Below are positions 8,977 to 17,949 of a DNA stretch of 64,000 nucleotides, piece after piece. The position numbers and the translations under genes are program-made. The stretch's first letter is position 1, and each line of letters starts with the position of its first letter. This DNA comes from an uncultured Holophagae bacterium (GTDB lineage Bacteria > Acidobacteriota > Thermoanaerobaculia > Thermoanaerobaculales > Sulfomarinibacteraceae): assembly GCA_963797055.1 (NCBI GenBank), contig CAWCOD010000016.1, positions 27,736-91,735 of the forward strand. Reading direction: 5' to 3'. The notes under the pieces were generated by a model. That model had not been told where the DNA came from. It was given only the letters and a program-made list of their open reading frames with translations, and ran no database searches.

Positions 8977-9840
8977 TCAGAACCGCGCCCGCACGAACAG
9001 GCTGAAATCGTTGATGTCGTAGCTGATGGCAGCGTTCAGCAACGTCCCGTTCTCCTCGGTTTCGATTCCGTCCCAATCGACATCGATGGTCGACAGATTA
9101 AAGGCACCACCAACCGAGAAATGATCCCCGATGAGGTACTCGATGCCCAGACGGCCGACCCACTGACCGCCCGAGATGTCCTCGATACTGACGTACAACC
9201 AGCCGAGCCCGGCTTGGAACCGCCAGTGTTCGGAAAACATCCGCCGGTACTCGAAGTAGAGGTAGGGCAGCGGACCGGTGCCCTTCACGTCGCTGGTGCC
9301 CTCGCCCTGCTCTTCGCCGCCCTCCAAACTCCAGTCCAGCGTTGCCGAAAGTTCCAAGACGCGCAGACCGAGCCCGAAGCCGGCCGCCCACCGCTCCTTG
9401 ACCCATGGGAAGTAGGTGTAATCGATGTAGAACTGGGTCACGTCGAAACCGAGATTGACCTCGGCGTCGATGGGGATCACCTCATCGCCCCACTTGATCT
9501 CCTCAAGGCTCTGCGAGGTGGAGTCACGGCTGATGTCCTGCCAGCGCACGCCCAACCTGTGCTTGCGGGCGATCTGCCACTCGAAGGCCAACGACGGAAC
9601 GGTCTTCGACGCATCGAGGTCCAGGTCGTCCTCGAAATTGAGGGTCGTTCCCCTGCCGAGCACCTCGGAGTCGAGTCGGATCTCGGTCGACATACCAACC
9701 CAGCTGGCCTCAACCCTGAAGTTGAACTTGTCGAGCAGCGGTTCATAATCGCGCTGCGCTTCGGCGGGCGTTGCACAGACGATCGTCACAATGATGAGCA
9801 ACGCCAAACCCAAGAATCGAGATGGCACACTGTTTGTCAT
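8977..9840 (-). CDS. Outer-membrane beta-barrel protein (family unassigned)
   Basis: ATG at 9840 after GGAAGGGG. Signal peptide ...IVCATPAEAQ, alternating beta pattern, C-terminal ...SLFVRARF. Confidence 0.6.
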   Translation of the reverse strand: MTNSVPSRFLGLALLIIVTIVCATPAEAQRDYEPLLDKFNFRVEASWVGMSTEIRLDSEVLGRGTTLNFEDDLDLDASKTVPSLAFEWQIARKHRLGVRWQDISRDSTSQSLEEIKWGDEVIPIDAEVNLGFDVTQFYIDYTYFPWVKERWAAGFGLGLRVLELSATLDWSLEGGEEQGEGTSDVKGTGPLPYLYFEYRRMFSEHWRFQAGLGWLYVSIEDISGGQWVGRLGIEYLIGDHFSVGGAFNLSTIDVDWDGIETEENGTLLNAAISYDINDFSLFVRARF

Positions 9841-10192
9841 CGTTGACCCCTTCCAGTCACTGTGATCTCGTGCACGATCATACCGCGTTCGTCGGCCCAT
9901 GTGGGACTCTCGTCGGTTGCGGAAGGAAACGGCTTTGAAGATGATGGGAGAGCGGGCGCCTTCGCCGATCTCGAAGGCCCCACGCCGCCGGAAAGGGACT
10001 GGCGGTGCGGGTCCCCCCGAAGCTCAGCCTGTACTCTCCACCGAGTTTCGTCGCGAGGGAGGTAAAGCACAAGTATCCGTTGGGTTTATCGTAAATTGGG
10101 CGACACAGGCCATGGACAATGGGTCCATTGATTCCACGCTCCCAATTTCACCACGCCACTCTAGCCCAACCGGTCCACCGATCTTCGACTGA

Positions 10193-11014
10193 TCAGAACG
10201 GGAAGTTGAAACTGAGCCGATATCCGCTTTGGCGATCGCCGAACCGGTAGCCGAGGGCAATCCACGGCATCTTGATTTTCCACAGCTTGACGATTGGGTC
10301 GGTGGCGAAACTCAACCCGACCTCGTAGTTCCATTCGATATTTATGGGCCCCTCGGTGATCAACTCGAACTCCAGGTTCGAGTAGTGACGGGCGACGGCG
10401 TACATGCCGCCGTGAGCCTCCTTCGATCCCACTGAAAAGCCAAGCGGCAGCTGCGCGTCGGCGCCGATCTCCACTGTTGAGTACCAGTTCTTGACCGCCA
10501 CCGACGTGGTGTTGTTGCGGTACCTAAGGGCGCCGCCGACCATGATGTTGAAGGGTCCGGGCTGGTACTCGGCCCTGGCGCGAATCCCCGCCGCGTACAG
10601 TAACTCAACCCCGCCTGTGGCAGTGTCGTCGGCGACACCCAATTCGACGAACGGTTTGAGGACCCACCGGTCTCCCACCGGTACCAGAAACTCCGCGCCC
10701 GGGATGAATGCAATGGACTGAAAGCTGTCGAAGAAATCGCCCACATTGGTGGCGGTCTCCAACTGAAAGGTGCCGAGCGAGATCGGAAAATACAGACGGA
10801 GACCCCACGGCTTGTCCTTGAGCTTGCGCGGCCGATACGAGATCGAAATGCGGTAGATTTGGAAGGACTTGGCCTCGGCGTCTTCTATGGTGCCGGATTG
10901 CCTCGGCAGCATCGCAAGTGGGATGTCTTCGTCGAAAGCCCTTGCCGGTGCCACAGCTCCCAGCACGAGTGCCAGGACACCAAATATCAGGACTGCTCTT
11001 CGAACCGAATCCAT
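10193..11014 (-). CDS. Outer-membrane beta-barrel protein (family unassigned)
   Basis: ATG at 11014. Signal peptide MDSVRRAVLIFGVLALVLGAVAPARA. C-terminal ...YRLSFNFPF. Confidence 0.6.
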   Translation of the reverse strand: MDSVRRAVLIFGVLALVLGAVAPARAFDEDIPLAMLPRQSGTIEDAEAKSFQIYRISISYRPRKLKDKPWGLRLYFPISLGTFQLETATNVGDFFDSFQSIAFIPGAEFLVPVGDRWVLKPFVELGVADDTATGGVELLYAAGIRARAEYQPGPFNIMVGGALRYRNNTTSVAVKNWYSTVEIGADAQLPLGFSVGSKEAHGGMYAVARHYSNLEFELITEGPINIEWNYEVGLSFATDPIVKLWKIKMPWIALGYRFGDRQSGYRLSFNFPF

Positions 11015-11091
11015 GGCCACCAGACTACAGGACCTGTTCTTGTTCTCGCTCGAGTGGTTTCGAGCGGTTGGTACCGAACACCTGACCGTAA

Positions 11092-11145
11092 GTGCCAGGG
11101 CCGACACTGGTGACAATCTTCGCGCCAAAGTGTCGGCCCTGGCAC
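11092..11145. repeat. PH element, minimal single hairpin
   Basis: GTGCCAGGGCCGACACT (11092-11108), about 19-20 nt loop, AAGTGTCGGCCCTGGCAC (11128-11145). Perfect 17-bp stem. Confidence 0.85.
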
Positions 11146-11150
11146 CCTGA

Positions 11151-11302
11151 GAACGTTAAACGTTAAACGTTGAACGTTCCCTCCCCCCAACCGGGGCGAG
11201 GTGGGCGCGTATGGCGGGCGTACCGTCCAACGGAGTCGATAGTCCAAAGTCGATAGTCAAAGTGAAAGTCGATAGTTGAAAGTTGAAAGTTCCCACCCTA
11301 CC
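11151..11302. repeat. GB-STR modules (AACGTTR array; GTCGATAGT/GAAAGTT array)
   Basis: gaacgttaaacgttaaacgttgaacgtt followed by C-box CCCTCCCCCC. gtcgatagtccaaagtcgatagtcaaagtgaaagtcgatagttgaaagttgaaagtt followed by C-box CCCACCCTACC. Confidence 0.8.
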
Positions 11303-11580
11303 TCCTGGAGTGCAAGGGCGCGATGATTGGGCGTGCCGGGCAACCTGCCGGCGGCAGCGGTAGTGGCCGTGGCCGGGTGCGGCGGCCGTTTCCGATCCTG
11401 CGAGTGGGATCAGCGGCCATACGGCCACCCGCTGGTGACGGCTGGTCACCGCGGCCACCGGCCGCGAGTAACCGCGGGGAGCGCGATGGGGAGAGGGGAG
11501 GGGAGAGCGTTAACGAGGCTCGGGATCGGGCTCGAGGCTCGAGGCGGCGATCGCGGTCTCCGGCGATCTCGATGCTCGTC

Positions 11581-11636
11581 ATCTTGCATCTTGGATCTTG
11601 GATCTTGGATCTCGTATCCGGGCGTGTGGGCGGGCG
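11581..11636. repeat. GB-STR module (CTTGSAT array + G-box) abutting a stop codon
   Basis: atcttgcatcttggatcttggatcttggatctcgtatc followed by CGGGCGTGTGGGCGGGCG. Ends at the TAG of 11637-12209. Confidence 0.8.
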
Positions 11637-12209
11637 CTACTTTCCCTTGGCCTGCTGAGCCCTCTGCTTCTGGAACTGTTTGACCATCTTCTTGAGCGCC
11701 TTGTCGATCTGTTTGTCCGCCTTCTGCGGATCCTCGGGTACCGTCGCGCTGGTCGATCCACGCCAGACGATCTCGTTGGTCTCGGCGTCCCAAATATCGA
11801 TCACCAGGGTGCCGCGTTCATAGGTCGTGGCAGTGGTCACCGAATTTCCCATGGTGCCGCCCCAATAGGGATCCCAGCCCCAGCCGGGACCGTAGCTGTA
11901 TCCGTAGGTGGTGGTGCTGAACCTGACATCCTCGTAGGTGCCGACGTGATAGGTCACGTAGAGATCCGGATCCGTCGGATCCTCGACACCACCTCCCTTG
12001 GCCAGGTAGTACTCGATGGCGTTCTTGATGCGCGAGTGCATGAACGGCGACGCACCCTCGATTGAGGTCTCCGGGGTCGGTCCCCAGGCAAAGGTCTTGT
12101 ACGAGTCGAAGTCGGCGTTGCGGTCATAGTCCACGTGGACCGACTGTGCCGCCGCCGGCAGGGCGGTCAGGGCCAGGATGATTGCCATTCCAAAAAATCT
12201 CTTCACCAT
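11637..12209 (-). CDS. DUF4136-like secreted/lipoprotein (paralog 2 of 3)
   Basis: 190 aa with GGAGG RBS. Signal peptide MVKRFFGMAIILALTALPAAAQ. Same motif set as paralogs 1 and 3. Confidence 0.75.
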   Translation of the reverse strand: MVKRFFGMAIILALTALPAAAQSVHVDYDRNADFDSYKTFAWGPTPETSIEGASPFMHSRIKNAIEYYLAKGGGVEDPTDPDLYVTYHVGTYEDVRFSTTTYGYSYGPGWGWDPYWGGTMGNSVTTATTYERGTLVIDIWDAETNEIVWRGSTSATVPEDPQKADKQIDKALKKMVKQFQKQRAQQAKGK

Positions 12210-12226
12210 GCCTCCAAGATGTCCAA

Positions 12227-13711
12227 TCAGTCCGGGTCGGTTCGACGAATTCTCTCGATCAGTTTGCTGGTGGAGTGTTCCGGCAGCAGCCGCACGAGCT
12301 CCACCGAGCCCCCGTAAGACTCCACGAGCTCTCGACCCACCACCTCATCCAGCTGGTAGTCTTCGCCCTTCACCAGGATGTCGGGACGGATCAGTTCGAG
12401 GGTCTCGAGTGGCGTGTCTTCGCCGAAAATCGTCACGGCATCGACGCAGTCCAGCGCGGCCAGCAGTGCCGCCCGCTCTCCCTGCGGCATCAGCGGCCGG
12501 TCGTCGCCCTTGAGCCGCCGCACCGAGTCGTCGCTGTTGATGGCCAGCACCAGCACATCGCCGAGCTCGGCCGCCTCGCGCAGCAGCGAGAGGTGGCCGA
12601 TGTGCAGCAGATCGAAACAGCCGTTGGTGAACACGACCCGTTTGCCCTGGAGACGCCACGACTCCACCTGGGCCGCCAGTCCGGTCCGGCTCATGACCTT
12701 GCCGGCCGGCCGCTCGCCCAGCGCGGCCAGAAGATCCGACGGTGGCACGGCCGCGGTGCCCACCTCGCTCACCGCGATCCCTGCCGCAACGTTGGCGAGC
12801 CGGCTGGCATCCTCCAGCCCGGCTTTCGCACCGAGACCGAGCGCCATGACCGCCACCGCGGTATCGCCGGCGCCGGTGACGTCGAAGACGGCACGGCGCT
12901 GAGCCCGAATCACGGTGAAATCGCCTTCCCGGGGCACCACCAGCATGCCCCGCTCGCCGAGGGTCACCACCAGCGCTTCGAGACTGGTGCCGGCCAGAAC
13001 GCCACGCGCGGCGTCGGCGACGGCGTCGTCGTCGGCCGAACTCAGGTCACGCCCGGTCGCCATTTCCAGCTCACGGAGATTCGGCGTGACGACGGTGGCG
13101 GCGCCGTAGGCCTCCAGATCCGGTCGTTTGGGATCCACCAAAACCGGCACATCCACCCGCCGCGCGGCCGAGATCAACAACGCCGTGGAATGATCGGTGA
13201 GAAATCCCTTGGCGTAGTCGCTGAGGATCAGCACATCGGGCGGATCTCCCGCCTCCAACTGCGCCACCAGTCCGGCGACAACGTCGTCCGGACACGGACG
13301 TCCGTCCTCCCAATCAAGACGGAGCAGCTGTTGGCGCTGGCCGAGAACTCGGACCTTGTGAGTCGTCGGCACGTGCTCCATACGCCCCACGGCACGGGTA
13401 TCGATTTCGTTGTCGGCGCAGGCTGAGAGCACCCTGTCGCCCGCGCCATCGGTTCCGATCACGCCGCATAGACTGGCCCTGGCCCCGAGAGCTGCGATCT
13501 GACGCGCCACGTTTGTCGCACCGCCGAGGCGCCACATGCGTTCACGGACATGCACCACCGGCACCGGCGCCTCGGGCGACACTCGCCCCACATTACCCAC
13601 GATGTACTCGTCCAGCATGATGTCCCCGGCCACCCAGACGTGGAGCTCGGGGAAACGGGAAACGATTTCCGCCAGCCGGTCCTCGGCGTGATTCTCCCGG
13701 CTCATGTCCAT
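12227..13711 (-). CDS. hldE: Bifunctional D-beta-D-heptose 7-phosphate kinase / D-beta-D-heptose 1-phosphate adenylyltransferase
   Basis: 494 aa. N-terminal ribokinase-like domain (GGATNVA, TGAGDT) and C-terminal cytidylyltransferase domain (VFTNGCFDLLHIGH). Confidence 0.85.
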   Translation of the reverse strand: MDMSRENHAEDRLAEIVSRFPELHVWVAGDIMLDEYIVGNVGRVSPEAPVPVVHVRERMWRLGGATNVARQIAALGARASLCGVIGTDGAGDRVLSACADNEIDTRAVGRMEHVPTTHKVRVLGQRQQLLRLDWEDGRPCPDDVVAGLVAQLEAGDPPDVLILSDYAKGFLTDHSTALLISAARRVDVPVLVDPKRPDLEAYGAATVVTPNLRELEMATGRDLSSADDDAVADAARGVLAGTSLEALVVTLGERGMLVVPREGDFTVIRAQRRAVFDVTGAGDTAVAVMALGLGAKAGLEDASRLANVAAGIAVSEVGTAAVPPSDLLAALGERPAGKVMSRTGLAAQVESWRLQGKRVVFTNGCFDLLHIGHLSLLREAAELGDVLVLAINSDDSVRRLKGDDRPLMPQGERAALLAALDCVDAVTIFGEDTPLETLELIRPDILVKGEDYQLDEVVGRELVESYGGSVELVRLLPEHSTSKLIERIRRTDPD

Positions 13712-14308
13712 CCGTCCCCTCCGGCGGCCCGCTCGACGGCCTCCGCCAGCACGTGCAGGACCACCTCGTGGACCTCCTGGATACGAGCCACCGTGCGAGA
13801 GGGCGCGGCAACCACGAGATCACAGTATTCGGCCAGTCGGCCGCCGTCACCGCCGGTGAGCCCGACCACCGTGCAGCCCAGGTCCTTCGCCTGACGGGCG
13901 GCCTCGATGACGTTTGGCGAGTTGCCACTGGTACTGATGGCCATCAGCATGTCGCCAGGTCGAGCCAGCGCCTCCACCTGACGGGCGAAGACGCGGTCGA
14001 AGCCGTAGTCGTTGGCGATGGCGGTCAGGGCCGAGCTGTCGGTGGTCAGCGCCACGGCCGCCACTGCGGGTCGGTCGGATCTGGTAGCGACACACCAGCT
14101 CGGTGGCCAGATGCTGGGCATCGGCGGCGCTGCCGCCGTTGCCGCAGACCAGCAGTTTGCCCCCACTGCCGAGACAGGCGATGGCCGCAGCCACCAGCTC
14201 TTCCAGGATGACCGGCAGCGTCTGGGCGGCTTCCGCCATGACCCGGCCATGCTCCTCAAAATTCCCGAGGACCAGCGCCCGGATTCCATTGTCTTCGGAC
14301 GACGTCAT
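13702..14308 (-). pseudogene. gmhA: D-sedoheptulose 7-phosphate isomerase (SIS domain) with an apparent +1 frameshift
   Basis: The N-terminal half (...[24 protein letters not shown]) is in one frame. The C-terminal half ([17 protein letters not shown]...[10 protein letters not shown]...IQEVH) is in another. Junction at plus-strand 14083-14084. Span is 607 nt (mod 3 = 1). Confidence 0.75.
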
Positions 14309-14318
14309 CACTCCTCCA

Positions 14319-14859
14319 TCAGGATTGCCTCGAGCGACGCTGCTCGAGGTCATCGTACACCGCGACAGCGTCAGGGCCGATGATCTCCTCGGTCTCGCGG
14401 CCCTTACCGGTGCGCACCAGGATGGCCTTCACACCGGCGGCCTCGGCGGCCTCGATGTCCCTCGCCGCATCCCCCACAACTACGGTTTCCTCCCGAGGGA
14501 TCCCAGACCACGCCACGGCCTGCTCGATCAAACCCGGCAGGGGTTTTCGGCAATCACAGAGATCCTCGGGGGCGTGCGGACAGACAAAGACGGCGTCGAT
14601 GGGTGCGCCGGCGTCTTCGGCATCCCGCAGCATCAGATCGGTCACGGCATCCACCGCCTCCATGGGGAAGACACCCCGGCCCACGCCCGACTGGTTGGTC
14701 GCCACCGACAGCACCATCGCCGGCAGCGGCCAGCCGCCGCAGGGCCTCCAGCGCACCCGGCTCCCACACCCAGTCCTCGGGTCGGGCAACCCAGCTGCCG
14801 TCGGGCGGCTCCCGGTTGAGCACGCCGTCGCGATCGAGAATGACGTGACGTACGACCAC
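14319..14859 (-). pseudogene. gmhB: D,D-heptose 1,7-bisphosphate phosphatase (HAD family) with an apparent +1 frameshift
   Basis: N-terminus MVVRHVILDRDGVLN (HAD motif I) runs to ...LRRLAAAG. It then continues in another frame as MVLSVATNQSGVGRG...CDCRKP...VGD. Junction about 14713-14725. Span is 541 nt (mod 3 = 1). Confidence 0.75.
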
Positions 14860-14862
14860 GGC

Positions 14863-15859
14863 CTACCGGTAGGGATCGGGCTGCATCAGGTAATCCTGAA
14901 CGTAGCGCCGAACCCCATCCTCAATACTGGCGAACGGTCGATCGTAGCCGGCCTGCCGCAGTTTGCTCATCTCGGCCTGGGTAAAGTACTGGTAGCGGTC
15001 ACGGATGGCGTCCGGCATGGGAATGATTTCGATCTCGGGCTCCGCCCCCACAGCCTCACACAGGGAGCGAGCGAGGTCCGAGAAACTCCGTGCCTCACCC
15101 GTGCCGAGGTTGAAAAGCCCGCTGACCTCCGGGTGGTCGAGCAGCCACAGCACGACGTCGACGCAGTCCTCGACAAACACGAAATCCCGCAGCTGGCCGC
15201 CGTCGGGGTAGTCCGGATTGTGGGACGCGAACAGCGTGATGGGCTCACCGGCCGCCGCCAGCAGGTACTTCTGGGCGATCACACTCTTCATCGACCCCTT
15301 GTGGTACTCGTTGGGACCGTAGACGTTGAAGAACTTCAACCCGACCCACTGCGGCGGCGCCTCCTCCCCCTGTTCCACAGCCGCCACCACCCATCGATCA
15401 AAGAGGTGTTTGCTCCAGCCGTACGGGTTGAGAGGTCGCAGCGCGGCGAGCGCATGCGGCGGACTGATCGTCGTCGAATCCCTGGCTGCCGTCGCCGTAG
15501 GTCGCGGCCGAGGAGGCGTAGATCAACGGAATGTCCTGCCCGGCGCAGAATCGCCACAGGTCGCGGGAGAGCCTGAAGTTGACGTCGACGATGAGATCGG
15601 CGTCGGTCTCGGTGGTCGACGAGATCGCGCCCATGTGGACCACCGCAGCCAGAGAGGCTCCGTTGGCTTCGAGCCACGGCAGCAGAGATTCCGGCGCCAC
15701 CACGTCATCCAGCTGACGTTTGGCGATGTTGCGCCACTTGTCTCCGGTGCGCAGCCGGTCACAAACGACCACGGTATCGCCCCGCTCACCGAGAGCGGCC
15801 ACGATGTTGGAGCCGATGAAACCGGCGCCTCCCGTCACAAGGATTTTCTTTGCCGTCAC
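14863..15859 (-). pseudogene. hldD: ADP-L-glycero-D-manno-heptose 6-epimerase with an apparent +1 frameshift
   Basis: The N-terminus ILVTGGAGFIGSN...ASSAATYG lies in 15398-15859. Continuation LAALRPLNPYGWSKHLFDRW...FFNVYGPNE lies in the 14863-15390 frame. Junction 15451-15463. Span is 997 nt (mod 3 = 1). Confidence 0.75.
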
Positions 15860-15999
15860 CGTTTGGATTCCCCTTTCGTCGGGTCACCGGCATTCTAGTC
15901 GATCGAGCCGGGTTGCGGGCAGTAGGCAGCCCCCCGCCGGCCCGGAGGAGCAGGTCTGGAAAGCGTAGAAAGGGCAGAAGGTGAAAAGAGGACCCACGA

Positions 16000-16038
16000 C
16001 CCAGCCCGAGCCCGAGCCCGTTATCGTTACCGTTACCG
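16000..16038. repeat. STR composite (CCGAGC)n-CCGTTAYCGTTACCG
   Basis: cccagcccgagcccgagcccgttatcgttaccgttaccg. Same composite at 36391-36430 and 39137-39166, and reverse-complemented at 20555-20604 and 46674-46712. Confidence 0.8.
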
Positions 16039-16087
16039 AAAGCCCGGACTCTGAACGAGGGGCTCGATTCCCCTGCCGCTTTTCGTT

Positions 16088-16197
16088 GTCATCCTGAGCA
16101 GCCGTAGGCGACGAAGGATCAGGGTGGGGTCAAGAACGCATCGGCGACCCACCCAGATCCTCCGACTCGGTCACATCGTTCCCTCGCTCAGGATGAC
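16088..16197. repeat. GTCATCCTGAGC-family inverted-repeat element (full copy)
   Basis: GTCATCCTGAGCAGCCGTAGGCGACGAAGGATCAGGGTGGGG on the left. CCCACCCAGATCCTCCGACTCGG...CCCTCGCTCAGGATGAC on the right. The termini are inverted. Confidence 0.75.
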
Positions 16198-16203
16198 AGG
16201 AAA

Positions 16204-16280
16204 TTGTGGAGCAGGCCTCTGGCCTGCATTTGTCCATTCTATCGAGGCAAGAAATGCAGGCGGGACGGCTGCTCCACAAT
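16204..16280. repeat. TJ element (reverse orientation)
   Basis: TTGTGGAGCAGGCCTCTGGCCTGCA, 26 nt of spacer, TGCAGGCGGGACGGCTGCTCCACAAT. Outer arms are perfectly complementary. Confidence 0.85.
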
Positions 16281-16291
16281 GGCGACCAGGT

Positions 16292-16375
16292 CCCCCCGCC
16301 CGCCCAATTCGAAATTCCTAACCCCGACCATCCGACACGGCCCGCTATTCACCACTCGCTATTCACTATTCACTT
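16292..16375. repeat. GB-STR modules (C-box + AATTCGAAATT; CTATTCA array)
   Basis: CCCCCCGCCCGCCC followed by aattcgaaattcc. Then gctattcaccactcgctattcactattcactt. Confidence 0.7.
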
Positions 16376-16445
16376 CAAATCGAGTCGGCGGGGCGCCCCG
16401 CGTGCTAACCTTTCCGCCGCCGAGGAGACTGTGGACGTCAGAACC

Positions 16446-17672
16446 ATGCGCTTCGTGGACCGCTGGATCGGCGCACCCATGTGCGCCGTTCTGACCGTGG
16501 TCCGCCGGCTCGACGACCTGGTACTGCGTCGCGACCCCGATCGGCCGCCCGAGAAAATCGCCGTCATGAAGCTCGCCGAGCAGGGCGCCACCGTGCTGGC
16601 CTACTCGGCACTGGTCCGCGCACGGGAGATGGTGGGCGCCGAGAACCTCTACTTCGTGGTGTTCTCAGAGAACCGCTTCATCCTCGACCTGCTCGACGTG
16701 GTGCCGGACGCAAATGTGATCTCGATCCGCACCGACGGACTCTTCCGGGTCGCGAGCGACACTCTGAAGGCCATCTTCCGCATGCGTCGCGAGGGCATCA
16801 ACGCAACCGTGGATTTCGAATTCTTTGCCCGTTCATCCGCCATCCTTTCCTACCTGTCGGGAGCCAGGGCGCGGTCGGGCTTCCACGGCTATTTCGGTGA
16901 GGCCTCCTATCGTGGCGACCTCATGACCCACCGACTGTCGTTCAACCCGTTTCTCCACGCCGCCGAGATCTTTCAGATTTTGGTCGAGGCGTTCCGCCAT
17001 CCGGCGAAGGGTTTCCCGGCCTTCGACCTGACCCCACCACCCGACCTCCCACTGCCGCGGCTCGAGCCCGAGGAGGCCGAGAACCGCGAGGTGGGACAGA
17101 TGCTCTCAGACGCCCTCGGCACCGCCACGCTGCCTCCCATCGTGCTGCTCAACGCCAACTGCGGTGACCTCCTGCCGTTGCGCCGCTGGCACGACGATGG
17201 ATATGTGGAGCTTGCCCGGCGAATCCTCAATCACAATCCGGAGATCTGCATCGTTCTCACCGGCTCGCCGTCGGAGGCGCCCGAGGCGGAAGCCTTGGCC
17301 GCCCGAATCGACTCTGCGCGCTGCATCAGCTTTGCCGGCAGGACCACACTGCGTCAGCTGATGGTGCTCTACGGCCTCTCCGAGCTGATGGTGACCAACG
17401 ACAGCGGCCCCGCCCACTACGCCACGTTGACCTCTATCGACGTCATCACCCTCTTCGGTCCCGAGACACCGGCGGTTTTCGGCGCCCGCACCCCGCAGAG
17501 CCACATCCTGTGGTCCAACCTGGTGTGCAGTCCGTGCGTCAACGCCTTCAACGACCGGCAGTCCGCCTGCCGGCGCAACCGTTGCATGGAGTTGATCACG
17601 GTTGATCAAGTCTTCGATACCGTCTGCGGCGTCCTCGAAAAACGCCGGCAGAGTCGAATTTTGAATTCTTAA
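16446..17672 (+). CDS. Glycosyltransferase family 9 (heptosyltransferase-like)
   Basis: ATG at 16446; upstream in-frame sequence is repeat DNA. C-terminal half ...LTGSPSE...FAGRTTLRQLMVLYGLSELMVTNDSGPAHYA is typical of GT9. The last codons (RILNS*) and the TAA stop lie inside an AT-rich STR array. Confidence 0.7.
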   Translation: MRFVDRWIGAPMCAVLTVVRRLDDLVLRRDPDRPPEKIAVMKLAEQGATVLAYSALVRAREMVGAENLYFVVFSENRFILDLLDVVPDANVISIRTDGLFRVASDTLKAIFRMRREGINATVDFEFFARSSAILSYLSGARARSGFHGYFGEASYRGDLMTHRLSFNPFLHAAEIFQILVEAFRHPAKGFPAFDLTPPPDLPLPRLEPEEAENREVGQMLSDALGTATLPPIVLLNANCGDLLPLRRWHDDGYVELARRILNHNPEICIVLTGSPSEAPEAEALAARIDSARCISFAGRTTLRQLMVLYGLSELMVTNDSGPAHYATLTSIDVITLFGPETPAVFGARTPQSHILWSNLVCSPCVNAFNDRQSACRRNRCMELITVDQVFDTVCGVLEKRRQSRILNS

Positions 17673-17709
17673 TTTTGAATTCTTAATTTTTGAAGACCCC
17701 CATCCGCCC
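17656..17709. repeat. GB-STR module (GAATTC-type AT-rich array + C-box) overlapping the GT9 stop
   Basis: gaattttgaattcttaattttgaattcttaatttttgaag followed by CCCCCATCCGCCC. Confidence 0.8.
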
Positions 17710-17717
17710 GATGTGTC

Positions 17718-17834
17718 TTTGTAGCGCAGCCGTCTCGGCTGCATCTCCGGTGCTAAATGAACGTACGATTGCAGGCCAGAGGCCTGCGCTACAACCGTCG
17801 AATGTGTAGCGCAGCCGGGACGGCCGCACCACAA
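17718..17834. repeat. TJ element plus an extra half-arm
   Basis: TTTGTAGCGCAGCCGTCTCGGCTGCA, spacer, TTGCAGGCCAGAGGCCTGCGCTACAA (17769-17794). Then TGTGTAGCGCAGCCGGGACGGCCGCACCACAA. Confidence 0.85.
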
Positions 17835-17903
17835 GAGGCCTGTCCTCTCCCGTCGGGCGGTCGATGTTCAATCCTCGTCTGATCGTCTCCGGAACGCCGG
17901 TGC

Positions 17904-17937
17904 GAATTGAAAATTTAAAATTCAAATTTGAGAATTC
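17904..17937. repeat. AT-rich GAATTC-type STR array
   Basis: gaattgaaaatttaaaattcaaatttgagaattc. Confidence 0.65.
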
Positions 17938-17949
17938 GTCGTCGTGTCG

